Notes under the pieces: generated by a model
Told to the model about the DNA's origin: nothing
The model's input: the letters and a program-made list of their open reading frames with translations, nothing else
Database searches by the model: none
Program-made: the position numbers and the translations under genes
DNA from: an uncultured Thermodesulfobacteriota bacterium
GTDB lineage: Bacteria > Desulfobacterota > B13-G15
NCBI GenBank assembly: GCA_964611295.1
Contig: CAZSWV010000001.1
Coordinates: 1,869-65,868 of the forward strand
DNA: 64,000 bases
Reading direction: 5' to 3'
Shown: in pieces, positions 10,774-20,096 of the stretch
Numbering within the stretch: the first letter of the stretch is position 1
Layout of the letters: each line of letters starts with the position of its first letter

Positions 10774-11808
10774 GTGATGGACCTCAGCAGGTATGAAAAG
10801 AACTGGAGGGAATTGATTCGGCCCAAAAGGCTTGAGGTAGACAAAGAGGTGACTACTGAGACTTACGGTAGGTTTATCATAGAACCTTTGGAGAGGGGTT
10901 ACGGGATTACCCTTGGTAATTCGCTCCGGAGGGTTTTACTTTCTTCCATACGTGGGGCGGCTATTACGTCTGTAAGGATCGACGGATGCTTACATGAGTT
11001 CTCCGTGATCCCGGGGGTAAGGGAAGACGTGACAGAAATCATCCTCAACCTCAAGGGTGTAAGGTTCAAAATGGAAGACACGGACCCAAAGACCGTAAGG
11101 ATCGAGGAAAGGGGGCCTAAGGAGGTAAAGGCTGGGGATATACAGTGTCCTGCAGGTATTGAGGTGGTCAACCCTGACCACTACATTGCTACCTTGGACA
11201 AAGACGCCATTTTGAAGATGGAGATGACCGTTAAGATGGGCAGAGGCTATGTACCTGCTGAACGCAACAAAGAGGAGGATGCTCCTATAGGGACTATTTC
11301 CATGGATGCCATATTTTCACCTGTGAGAAAGGTGAATTACACCGTAACACCAACCCGTGTAGGGCACATTACCGATTACGATCGTTTGATATTAGAAGTT
11401 TGGACCGATGGTACCATAACACCTCTGGAGGCTGTAGGGGTAGCGGCTAAGATCTTACAGGAACAATTAAGGGTGTTCGTAGAACTGGAGGCTGAAATAG
11501 AAGAAGAAAAACCTTTGGGGCCTGTACCTGCTGAGGAGACCGATTTATCCGAGATCCTTTCAAAGACTGTAGACGAGTTGGAAATATCAGCGCGTTCCGT
11601 AAACGCTTTGAAAGCCATGGGTATTATCTACATAGGTCAATTGGTGCAAAAAGGCGAAAGCGAACTCCTTCAAGCCAAGAACTTTGGCCGCAAGTCCCTG
11701 GAGGAGATAAAGACGGCCCTTTCCAAGGTAGGGCTTAACCTGGGGATGGAAGTAGATTTCACACCTCCTGAAGTCGATACAGAAGAGGAGGAAGAAGATG
11801 AGGCATAG
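10774..11808 (+). CDS. rpoA: DNA-directed RNA polymerase alpha subunit
   Basis: 344 aa with GYGITLGNSLRRVLLSSIRGAA in the N-terminal domain. The C-terminal domain has ELEISARSVNALKAMGIIYIGQL, followed by an acidic tail. Confidence 0.98.
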   Translation: MMDLSRYEKNWRELIRPKRLEVDKEVTTETYGRFIIEPLERGYGITLGNSLRRVLLSSIRGAAITSVRIDGCLHEFSVIPGVREDVTEIILNLKGVRFKMEDTDPKTVRIEERGPKEVKAGDIQCPAGIEVVNPDHYIATLDKDAILKMEMTVKMGRGYVPAERNKEEDAPIGTISMDAIFSPVRKVNYTVTPTRVGHITDYDRLILEVWTDGTITPLEAVGVAAKILQEQLRVFVELEAEIEEEKPLGPVPAEETDLSEILSKTVDELEISARSVNALKAMGIIYIGQLVQKGESELLQAKNFGRKSLEEIKTALSKVGLNLGMEVDFTPPEVDTEEEEEDEA

Positions 11809-12181
11809 GAAGGATTATAGGAAACTTGGACGTACTACTAGTCATAGGCTCATGATGTTGAGGAACATGGTGACGGATCTATTCCGTCACGAGCGAATAG
11901 AGACAACCCTGGCCAAGGCAAAGGAATTGAGGAGGTTTGCCGAAAGGTTAATAACCTTGGGCAAACGAGGAGATCTACAGGCCAAAAGGGAAGTCCTAAA
12001 GTACGTGATGGATAAGTCCATCATGCGAAAACTTTTCAACGAGATAGCCCCTCGTTATAAGGACCGCCATGGGGGATACGTACGCATATACCGAACAGGC
12101 TTCCGCAAAGGAGACGGCGCTCTTCTTTCTATTGTAGAACTTATCCCAAAAGAGGAAAAGGTAGCTCATAAGAGTTCATAA
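11798..12181 (+). CDS. rplQ: 50S ribosomal protein L17
   Basis: 127 aa with the MRHRKDYRKLGRTTSHRLMMLRNM N-terminus. Confidence 0.98.
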   Translation: MRHRKDYRKLGRTTSHRLMMLRNMVTDLFRHERIETTLAKAKELRRFAERLITLGKRGDLQAKREVLKYVMDKSIMRKLFNEIAPRYKDRHGGYVRIYRTGFRKGDGALLSIVELIPKEEKVAHKSS

Positions 12182-12664
12182 CTTATAGCCAATTTTCCGC
12201 AACAAGGTCTTACGTTCTTGTTTGTCCTGTTCGGTCTCCTTTCCGCGAGGTTTAAAGCCATCTATAACACCAAGGATCCCACGGCCTTGTTCTGTTTCGA
12301 CCAAGATCACCTCTACCGGGTTGGCCGTGGCGCAGAAGATGCTACAAACCTCAGCGCAATTTTTTACGGCATTCAATACGTTTATGGGGTAGGCATCTCT
12401 CATAAGGATGACGAAAGTATGACCAGCCCCTATCCTTTCTGCGTTTTCTTCGGCCACTTTTATCAATTCCGGGTCATTACCCTCGCTCCGTATCAAGCAT
12501 TTTCCTGAGGCTTCGCAGAAGGCAATCCCGAACTTCACCTGCGGAACGTTAGTGGCCATCACTTCGTAAAGGTCTTCGACCGTTTTGATGAAATGGCTCT
12601 GCCCTAAGATTAGGTTACAACCCTCAGGGATTTCTAACCTTACGCTCTTCAGCTCCATTTCCAC
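12176..12664 (-). CDS. adenosine-specific-kinase-like protein (PF04008-type small conserved protein)
   Basis: 162 aa. NLILGQSHFIKTVEDLYE and the overall size match my memory of the adenosine-specific kinase family. The function is not verified. It overlaps the upstream DHH gene. Confidence 0.6.
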   Translation of the reverse strand: MEMELKSVRLEIPEGCNLILGQSHFIKTVEDLYEVMATNVPQVKFGIAFCEASGKCLIRSEGNDPELIKVAEENAERIGAGHTFVILMRDAYPINVLNAVKNCAEVCSIFCATANPVEVILVETEQGRGILGVIDGFKPRGKETEQDKQERKTLLRKIGYKL

Positions 12665-13697
12665 CTCCTAAAAAGGGTATGCCTTTTTCCCAGCTTGAGC
12701 CAAGCTCCTTTACAAAACGCAGTTTTAACTTTTGGATCACCTCAAAGACCTTATGATTGGACGATTCTACCTTTCCTCCTGCCATTGACTCATGTCCTCC
12801 TGCACCAGCTCCTGTTAGGCCCCTTATTAAACGTTTAGCGACCTTTTCGGCGTTCATCCTTTTGCCGTTCGTGCACCTTATGCTGAAAAAGACTGTGCCC
12901 TTCCATTCGCCTATGGACAACACCCACTTTACCCCTTCGGCCCTAAGGAGGAGATCGGCTATTGCAGAGACCATGTCCACGTAGCCCAAGGTTCCCAAAT
13001 CGCTTATGAGAAGGCCTGGAGGAAAGTAAAGGGAATTCTGTATGCCTTCCTTCAAGATCCTGAAGTACTCTTTTGGGAGCCTTGGATGTTCTATATCGGA
13101 GAGGGCTTTTACCGAGATCTTGGGGTAAAGGGCTGTTGCCACCTTTAGATCTTCCGAGGTAGCGCTTGGTCCGAGGTCGCGCGTGTCAGACTTTATTCCG
13201 TAAAACAAGGCTGTGGCCACCATAGGCGTTGGTTCCAGCCCTGCTTGAAGGATATAAGAAGCTACAATGGTGGAGGTACTCCCTATATTAGGCCTTATGT
13301 CTACAAAGGGGACCCGCTTTAATGAAGACTTCTTCGCCACGGGGTGATGGTCTATGACAATGGTAGGAGAAAGGTTTGAGGAAAGCGGGACGTTAGTGGA
13401 AAGGGGTTGTGCATCTACAACTGCAATAGTACTGAAGTTGCGAGGTTCAAGGGTCTTGACGGAACATAAAGGGATGCGCAAACGCCGTACCATCGCCCGG
13501 TTTTCCGGCCTTCCTATTACGCCCTCATAGGCGATTACAGAGTTAACCCCCCACTTTTTGAAGAGGAACCTTAACCCGTAGGCACTAGCCAAAGCGTCTG
13601 GATCTGGGTTTAAATGAGTGAGAATCAGTATTTTGCGCTTGCCCGATATAAGCTCCTTTAAGAGGCGTAACTTATCTCCTATCTCTGAGCCTTCCAT
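12624..13697 (-). CDS. DHH/DHHA1 phosphoesterase (NrnA-like oligoribonuclease / pAp phosphatase family)
   Basis: 357 aa with HLNPDPDALAS, VIDHHP (DHH motif) and GAGGHESMAGG (DHHA1 GGGH-type motif). Confidence 0.85.
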   Translation of the reverse strand: MEGSEIGDKLRLLKELISGKRKILILTHLNPDPDALASAYGLRFLFKKWGVNSVIAYEGVIGRPENRAMVRRLRIPLCSVKTLEPRNFSTIAVVDAQPLSTNVPLSSNLSPTIVIDHHPVAKKSSLKRVPFVDIRPNIGSTSTIVASYILQAGLEPTPMVATALFYGIKSDTRDLGPSATSEDLKVATALYPKISVKALSDIEHPRLPKEYFRILKEGIQNSLYFPPGLLISDLGTLGYVDMVSAIADLLLRAEGVKWVLSIGEWKGTVFFSIRCTNGKRMNAEKVAKRLIRGLTGAGAGGHESMAGGKVESSNHKVFEVIQKLKLRFVKELGSSWEKGIPFLGGGNGAEERKVRNP

Positions 13698-14662
13698 AGT
13701 TCATATATCCTTTTAAGCAATTCCTCCTTTTTCTTCAACATCTCTACCTTTGATCGCGCCCTGACAACGCCACCTGCAGCCCCTTTGTGCCCGTCTCCGA
13801 TGTTGAGGGTCCTCATGATCCCCCCAATGTCCTTGAAGGACATGTTTTTGGCTTTTACGGTAAGAGACATAGAGACGCCGAAGTTCGTAGTCTTTACCCC
13901 TGCCTCAAAGACTGGAAACAGTTCCAATACCGCCAAGGCATCCGGATACACCAAGGACACCAACTGCTTTATAACCCAAGGGCGCCGGTTATGACGCGTA
14001 AGGTCAAGGACCACCAGTTCCTTATCTTCATCAAAGGGGAGGAAACAGGCGTCCTCCTGTATCATCTTGAGCATCCTTTCTTCTTCTACTTTATAGCGCT
14101 CGATCCTCTCGCGGACGAAATCGAACCTCACCACCTCTTCTAAAGGGTGATCCCGTATGAGGTTAACCAGTTTGAACAGGTAGAAATTCCTTTCCTTTAA
14201 ATCGGAGGTGGAAGCCTTTATTGAACTGTCCACTAACTTCCCAAGGGTCTCCTTACGCCATTCCTCTAAGCTCGAATAAAGGAAACCGTCTATGACATCC
14301 GTCTCGTTAACGGTTTCCTCAAGATAAGATGGAAACCGAACACCATGCTCACAAAAATACTCAAAGACCACGCGGCTACAACTTGGCTTAAGGGCAAAAC
14401 GCCCCCTTATCCCCTCAGGATCTATCCCCCTCAGTTTGAGTTCCTCAAGGTTTCCCTCATGGTGGTCAAACCACAAGGCACATACCAAGGGATAGGGAAG
14501 GTCACAGACGACATCCCTTTCACCAATGGAAAGGTCACCCCTTGTTATGCTCAAGGGACTCGCAAAGCGGACCTTTTTGACCCCTAAGGCATATGAACAC
14601 AGAGCTGCCGAGACCACACCGTCCATGTCGTTATGGGTTATTATTCTGGCATATCTTTCCAT
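13679..14662 (-). CDS. divergent DHH-superfamily phosphoesterase
   Basis: 327 aa with ITHNDMDGVVSA, WFDHHEGN and GDGHKGAAGG, which are degenerate DHH motifs I-IV. There is a 19-nt overlap with the downstream DHH gene. Confidence 0.65.
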   Translation of the reverse strand: MERYARIITHNDMDGVVSAALCSYALGVKKVRFASPLSITRGDLSIGERDVVCDLPYPLVCALWFDHHEGNLEELKLRGIDPEGIRGRFALKPSCSRVVFEYFCEHGVRFPSYLEETVNETDVIDGFLYSSLEEWRKETLGKLVDSSIKASTSDLKERNFYLFKLVNLIRDHPLEEVVRFDFVRERIERYKVEEERMLKMIQEDACFLPFDEDKELVVLDLTRHNRRPWVIKQLVSLVYPDALAVLELFPVFEAGVKTTNFGVSMSLTVKAKNMSFKDIGGIMRTLNIGDGHKGAAGGVVRARSKVEMLKKKEELLKRIYELWKAQR

Positions 14663-14688
14663 AGTCTTATTAATTATACCGTAAAAAC

Positions 14689-15663
14689 CTATCCTAAAAA
14701 CCTGAATATGGCCTCCTTTGGGGGTAACCCGCAGTAAAGGACCTCGTATAAAGTTTCGACAATGGGCAACTTAAGGCCTAATCGTCCAGCTTCCCTTTTC
14801 GCTACCTGGGTGGCCCTTACGCCCTCCACTACTTGTCCTATTTCTTCTTGAGCCCTTTGGGGGTTAAGCCCCTGGGCAAGCTTCTCCCCAAAACGACGGT
14901 TTCGACTCAAGGGACTAAAGCTTGTCACTATTAGGTCCCCAAGTCCTGAAATCCCATAAAGGGTCTCTTTCTTCGCCCCTAGGGCCTCTGCCAGGGCGAG
15001 GAGTTCTTCAAAGCCTTTGCTCACTATAACGGACTTCGTGTTGAAACCAAGTCCCATACCATCGCACATCCCTGCTGCAATGGCGAAGACGTTTTTGAAG
15101 GCCCCTCCTACTTCAACACCTACTATGTCATCGGTTGGGTAGAGCTTAAAAAAGGGGGTTTCCAAAAGGTTTTTGGCCTCCAAGGCATCCGAAAGGTCAA
15201 GGGCTGAGGCTGCTACAAGTGTGGGGATCCCTTCTAGGATCTCCCTTGCAATGGAAGGGCCACTAACTACTACAAGCCTATGGTTACATCCCCCCAGTTC
15301 CTCTTCTATAACTTGGCTTAACCTCATCCCAGTGTCAGGCTCTAAACCCTTGGCGAAATTGACGATCAGAGGATTTCCTTGGAGGAAGGACCTTGCTTTT
15401 GCGATCACCTCCCTTACAGCCCCAGAGGGTACTGCACATAAGAGGGCATCAGTACCGTCTAAGGCCTCTTGTAGGTCCGTTGTGGGTTTCACCTCGGGGG
15501 GAAACTTTACCTTGGACAGGTATTTGGGGTTTTCTCGGTAAAGGAGTATGCACTGGAAGACTTCCTCCTCAATGGTCCAGAGCATTACCCTGTGACCTTT
15601 TTCAGCCAAAAGTATAGCGAGGACAGAACCTAAGTTGCCTGCACCTAAGACGGTGACCTTCAT
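14689..15663 (-). CDS. gpsA: NAD(P)H-dependent glycerol-3-phosphate dehydrogenase
   Basis: MKVTVLGAGNLGSVLA Rossmann N-terminus. ATG 15663-15661 forms an ATGA overlap with the upstream gene's stop. The track's longer start at 15693 was rejected. Confidence 0.93.
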   Translation of the reverse strand: MKVTVLGAGNLGSVLAILLAEKGHRVMLWTIEEEVFQCILLYRENPKYLSKVKFPPEVKPTTDLQEALDGTDALLCAVPSGAVREVIAKARSFLQGNPLIVNFAKGLEPDTGMRLSQVIEEELGGCNHRLVVVSGPSIAREILEGIPTLVAASALDLSDALEAKNLLETPFFKLYPTDDIVGVEVGGAFKNVFAIAAGMCDGMGLGFNTKSVIVSKGFEELLALAEALGAKKETLYGISGLGDLIVTSFSPLSRNRRFGEKLAQGLNPQRAQEEIGQVVEGVRATQVAKREAGRLGLKLPIVETLYEVLYCGLPPKEAIFRFLG

Positions 15664-18600
15664 CCCCACCACCTCTCTATTCCGATGGGCCAAGGTACCA
15701 TATCGCCTACCTTTCCCGTCGCCAGGGCGATGACGGTATCGGCTGCGCCGTAATATATCAAAACTTCGTCCTCAAAGGAGAGGATCTCAGTCTCCTCTTG
15801 GGGAACAGCACCACATGTGAAGACCACGTTAGGTACCTGACAACCTGTTTCTCCCTTTTCATAGGGTTCCAAAGGTTCAAGTATAGGATTGGGCGATCGG
15901 TAAAGGATCCACTTGGGGTCTTCTATATCAAGAAGCAAGCTTCCAAGCCTATATATCGACCGCCGATCTACCCCGTGATATATCAAAAGCCAACCGTATC
16001 GAGTCTTAAGGGGCGGCGCACCCGCTCCTATCTTCAAACTATCCCACATATCCCCTGACCTTGGCCCCATTAAGATGCTGTGTTCCATAGAAGGCCAAGG
16101 GCAAGAAATGACCTTGGAAAAGGAGATCCACATCGCTGGTTCTACCCGGTGGACAAGGACGAACTTGCCATCTATCCGTTCCGGGAAGAGGAAGGCGTCT
16201 TTATTGGATTCCCCTGGAAACAACAGGCCGTGTCTCTGCCACTTCTCCCATCTGCCCAAGAGGAAGTCTTCCGGATCTATGGAAGCCAAGGCGATCTGGG
16301 CTACAGCTCGCGAATAGGCAGTGTATAGCATCCACAGCCTCCCCTCAAGCAACACCAACCTAGGGTCTTCGCACCCTAATTCTTCCCAATCCTCCACAGG
16401 CCAAAAGATGGGTTCAGTAAGGCGTTCTATTACCCTTTTCCCCGTCTGGTCCAACACGGCAAGGCCTATCCTTGAGACCATGTCTTCACCCATCGCCCGG
16501 TAAAGGAGGTATATCTTTCCTTTCAGCCTTATAGCGGCTGGGTTGAATACGAACCTGGACTCCCACCCATGTTCTTTGACGGGTCTGAGGATGGGATTGC
16601 CTTCGTACCTTTTAAGTCTTTTGGCAACAGGACCTTTTATGAAGACAGGTCCTTTTGGCTTAAGGACTTCAAACCTAGAAGTCTGTGGGAAAAGCTCCTC
16701 GATTAGGCTTTGTGCTTCTCTGCCTTCAAGTTGCATCTCCCTTATGGCCTTTCTTAAGGACTCATAAGGGACCCCAACCCTGGAAAGGACTCGGGAGAGA
16801 AAGTCCTTTGCAAAGAGCTGAGCCTCTACTTCCGAAGCAAGAGGCCCAGGATTCCCCTTGCCACCACTTAAGCTATAAACTACCCAACTCCAAGCCGAAA
16901 AGGTCACAAACCTTCCTTCGGGGAACTGGAAGCAGAGCTTATAGCCCTCAAGGAGCTTACGAAAGGCGGAAAGGCACAACCCCTCGGCGAGCCCTTTTAA
17001 CCTTTGAAGGGTTTTTTCGTGTACCGAGGCTTCAAATACGCTATAAGCACTCAAGGGATCCCTACCCCAGTGGCCTTCAAGGGCTTCAACTACAGCCCTG
17101 CCAAACTCCTTGCGAGACCTCGAGGCCCAGTCCCAAAGCTCCCCGTAACTTTCAAGTTCCACTAATTTTTTGGTGGTCAATAATACGTATGTGAGCCAAG
17201 GGAATTCAGGTTTTAAGTCCAAAGAAAGGGCTCTCAAGAATAACACTCCGCAGAGCTTATCGGCTAACTCCAATTCCCATATGGAACTCCTCAAAGGACC
17301 AGGCCATGCCAGGGGGACTACCTTTAGGTCCTGTAGTTCAAAGAGATCGGGGCGGAGGTCTTGCAGCATGTGATGTTTCAAGCCTTCCCAGTAAGGGGAA
17401 GACTCGATGGCCCTGGCAAAGGCCAGAAGCTCGCGCGGGGATTCCAGCCTGAGGAGGGGTGAAAACCTTAAGGCCCTCTTAGGCGGAAACCTGTCCAAAA
17501 ACCAACTACAAGCTTTTTCCCCTAAGGTAAAAGTCCCACTAGGCCGAAGGAGAGGAATAAGGGCCTCTAAAAGTTCTCTCAACCCCTCTTTATGCCTAGG
17601 GTCACCCCTTAAGGCATTCCGGAGTTCCTCCTCCGCGGTATATAGCAAGGTTCGGAAAAGCGAAAGCACCTTTTGGGCAGGGGTTCCTTCTTTTACCCCT
17701 AGCGATTCCCTTGCAAAGCTCCAAAAAGCCTCCCTCCGTTCTTCAAGGAGTTCCTTGAAGACCTCCTCCAAAGACTCCCCATTTGCCCTGTGGGGGAAAA
17801 GAAGAGGGATACCGGGCACATACTCACGATAGGTAACCCGCGGAAGCCTGGCCCTCTTCTGCCAGCTGTTGAAGGACTCTTTTAGACATGCCAAAAAGGC
17901 AAGTTCGTCTCTTAGCCTTTCCGATTGTAAAAAGGCAAGGCCAGAATCCAAGGGCTTTCTTTCTTCCTTTGTGAAATCCCTTAACTCATGCAAAAAGGTG
18001 AAGGCCCTTCCGTAAAAGAGGACCGTTAAAGCATTATAAAGGTCTCCTAAGGAAAAAGGACGTGGGTCCCTCAAAGCCCCAAACAGCCCGTACACGGCCT
18101 CTGCCCAGAGATCGCCCTTTAGCCTTATAGGCTCCTTTTTTGCGAGAACCGAGATAAGCCGCTCATGTACCCTTGGTATGACAAAGGTAAACAAGGAAGA
18201 GAAGATAGAGAGGCCCTTCAAGTAGCGGCGTAGGAAGGGTCTTTCGTCTTCTTGAAAGATATACAAGTCCTTTCCCTCGATCCTCGCCTTTGGCCTCAAA
18301 AGGGGAGGAGTTTCCAAAGGGAGTTCTAGGCGCTCCTTCCATATGCTTTCCCTTCGGGAAATCTCGGAAAAGGCCGTCTTTATGACCTTACGGACAACAG
18401 CAGGTTGCCATAGGTTCAAGGCAGGCCTGAAGGACAAAGGGACCTGTAGGATCCTTTTGTTGGTGCAGGAGGCCTCCAAAAGCAACTGGAAGGGGGTAGC
18501 AAAGCTTCCGAGGACTTTGTGGTCGAAAAACCCTAACATCAAGTCCTGAGAAGCCGCAAAGGTTGTCGGAAGGACCTGTTCCACCCTTGCGGAGAAAAGG

Positions 18601-19037
18601 GACACGAACAGGGGTCTTAACAGCAATTGGTCAAGGAGGTCTCCTCCACCGCTTCCAGGGATTACACCAAGACATAAGGAAGCTTCTCCTTCCAGTAAGG
18701 GCAGGAGCAATCCCTCTGTTACCTCCGCAAGGACCACCTCTAAGTCGGCCTCCACGAATCCAGGGTCGATTACCAAAAGATCGGCCTTTTCTTCCACTGC
18801 CTTCTTTACGAACCCGGCAAACCCCTCTTCCACTATCGTATAGGGTGTCTCTAACTCCCTTGCCCCTTCCTTGGGGAGGAGGAAAAAGGGAACTAGTGAG
18901 AACTGCCTTCGGAGGATTTCGTCAAGCCGTTGCATGAGGTAGGAGAGTTTTCCTACCTCCACCCTTTCTTCTAACAAGGGGATTCCTACTGCGACACGCC
19001 TTCGCATTTTGGTCGTTTGCCGTTGATTATCCACCAT
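15660..19037 (-). CDS. large fusion protein: ~800-aa N-terminal region of unknown function + C-terminal GH130 (glycoside phosphorylase, former DUF377) domain
   Basis: 1125 aa. The C-terminal ~310 aa (about 15660-16600) read GNPILRP...FNPAAI...YRAMG...GCEDPRL...YTAY...NKDAFLFPE...GAGAPPLKT..GWLLIYHGVD...YYGAADTVIALA, typical of GH130 beta-mannoside phosphorylases. The N-terminal region has only a weak GT-A-like start (RVAVGIPLLEE). The start could be M1 (19037) or M11 (19007). Confidence 0.75.
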   Translation of the reverse strand: MVDNQRQTTKMRRRVAVGIPLLEERVEVGKLSYLMQRLDEILRRQFSLVPFFLLPKEGARELETPYTIVEEGFAGFVKKAVEEKADLLVIDPGFVEADLEVVLAEVTEGLLLPLLEGEASLCLGVIPGSGGGDLLDQLLLRPLFVSLFSARVEQVLPTTFAASQDLMLGFFDHKVLGSFATPFQLLLEASCTNKRILQVPLSFRPALNLWQPAVVRKVIKTAFSEISRRESIWKERLELPLETPPLLRPKARIEGKDLYIFQEDERPFLRRYLKGLSIFSSLFTFVIPRVHERLISVLAKKEPIRLKGDLWAEAVYGLFGALRDPRPFSLGDLYNALTVLFYGRAFTFLHELRDFTKEERKPLDSGLAFLQSERLRDELAFLACLKESFNSWQKRARLPRVTYREYVPGIPLLFPHRANGESLEEVFKELLEERREAFWSFARESLGVKEGTPAQKVLSLFRTLLYTAEEELRNALRGDPRHKEGLRELLEALIPLLRPSGTFTLGEKACSWFLDRFPPKRALRFSPLLRLESPRELLAFARAIESSPYWEGLKHHMLQDLRPDLFELQDLKVVPLAWPGPLRSSIWELELADKLCGVLFLRALSLDLKPEFPWLTYVLLTTKKLVELESYGELWDWASRSRKEFGRAVVEALEGHWGRDPLSAYSVFEASVHEKTLQRLKGLAEGLCLSAFRKLLEGYKLCFQFPEGRFVTFSAWSWVVYSLSGGKGNPGPLASEVEAQLFAKDFLSRVLSRVGVPYESLRKAIREMQLEGREAQSLIEELFPQTSRFEVLKPKGPVFIKGPVAKRLKRYEGNPILRPVKEHGWESRFVFNPAAIRLKGKIYLLYRAMGEDMVSRIGLAVLDQTGKRVIERLTEPIFWPVEDWEELGCEDPRLVLLEGRLWMLYTAYSRAVAQIALASIDPEDFLLGRWEKWQRHGLLFPGESNKDAFLFPERIDGKFVLVHRVEPAMWISFSKVISCPWPSMEHSILMGPRSGDMWDSLKIGAGAPPLKTRYGWLLIYHGVDRRSIYRLGSLLLDIEDPKWILYRSPNPILEPLEPYEKGETGCQVPNVVFTCGAVPQEETEILSFEDEVLIYYGAADTVIALATGKVGDMVPWPIGIERWWG

Positions 19038-19100
19038 TGGTCAGATGGGTCAAGGGGGTTCATTTGACCCTCTTTTGGCCTTTTCCTTATAATCGGTCTT

Positions 19101-20096
19101 GTGGGAAGGATTGAAGGGACTGAGGATAAGGGGTTTGAACGGATTAGGCCTAACGGCTTCCACGAATATATAGGACAGGAACATGTCAAGAGGAACCTTG
19201 AGGTATACGTGGAGGCGGCTCGCAAAAGGGGAGAACCATTGGACCACGTGCTTATTTACGGCCCGGCAGGGCTGGGGAAGACCACCCTGGCCTATGTGGT
19301 GGCCAAGGAGTTGGGAGTAGGTATAAAGGTCACTTCGGGGCCAGCCATAGAAAAGGTTGGAGACCTTGCAGCCATTTTGACCAACCTCAAGGACGGAGAC
19401 ATCCTTTTCATAGATGAGATCCATCGATTGGGCAAAACGATAGAAGAAGCCCTTTATCCTGCGATGGAGGAATATAAGTTCGACATCGTTATCGGACAAG
19501 GACCGGGAGCCAGGGCCATACGGCTGGATCTGCCCAGGTTTACCCTTATAGGTGCCACTACAAGGGTAGGGCTCCTTTCAGGTCCCTTGAGGGCCCGTTT
19601 CGGGGTCTTGTTGAAACTTGACTACTATAGCCCCGAGGAGCTCCAAGCCTTATTGCTTCGGGCTTCGCGGCTTTTGGGCATACCCTTGGACGAGAAAGGG
19701 GCCATGGAGATCGCCAAAAGGTCGAGGGGAACTCCCAGAGTGGCCTTAAGGTTGTTGAAACGAGTCAGGGATTACGCCCAAGTTAAAGGTGACGGGGTGA
19801 TCAACGGACAAGTAGCTCAAGAGGCCCTTGATTTCATGGGTATAGACCCTTATGGGCTTGACAGGATGGACCGTGTGATCCTGAAGACCATAGTGGAGAA
19901 GTTCGGGGGTGGACCTGTTGGCATAGAGACCTTATGCGCTGCCTTAGAAGAGGAACCCGATACCATTGAGGAAGTACATGAGCCTTTCCTGATCCAAATG
20001 GGTTATATCCGTAGGACGCCCAAGGGGAGGGTCGCCACAGAAAAGGCCTATGAATACGTGAGGGGAAGGCTGAAATTACAAAAGGAGTTGTTCTGA
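19101..20096 (+). CDS. ruvB: Holliday junction branch-migration helicase RuvB
   Basis: 331 aa with a GTG start, Walker [12 protein letters not shown], and the FIDEIHRL and [15 protein letters not shown] motifs. Confidence 0.97.
   Translation: MGRIEGTEDKGFERIRPNGFHEYIGQEHVKRNLEVYVEAARKRGEPLDHVLIYGPAGLGKTTLAYVVAKELGVGIKVTSGPAIEKVGDLAAILTNLKDGDILFIDEIHRLGKTIEEALYPAMEEYKFDIVIGQGPGARAIRLDLPRFTLIGATTRVGLLSGPLRARFGVLLKLDYYSPEELQALLLRASRLLGIPLDEKGAMEIAKRSRGTPRVALRLLKRVRDYAQVKGDGVINGQVAQEALDFMGIDPYGLDRMDRVILKTIVEKFGGGPVGIETLCAALEEEPDTIEEVHEPFLIQMGYIRRTPKGRVATEKAYEYVRGRLKLQKELF

Noticed and set aside
15798-18937. Series of + strand ORFs (e.g. 16685-17194 at 169 aa, 17407-17832 at 141 aa, 18563-18937 at 124 aa)
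   Set aside because: All lie antisense within the uninterrupted 1125-aa minus-strand ORF whose C-terminus is a clear GH130 domain. Their translations are Ser/Pro/Arg-rich shadow sequences.
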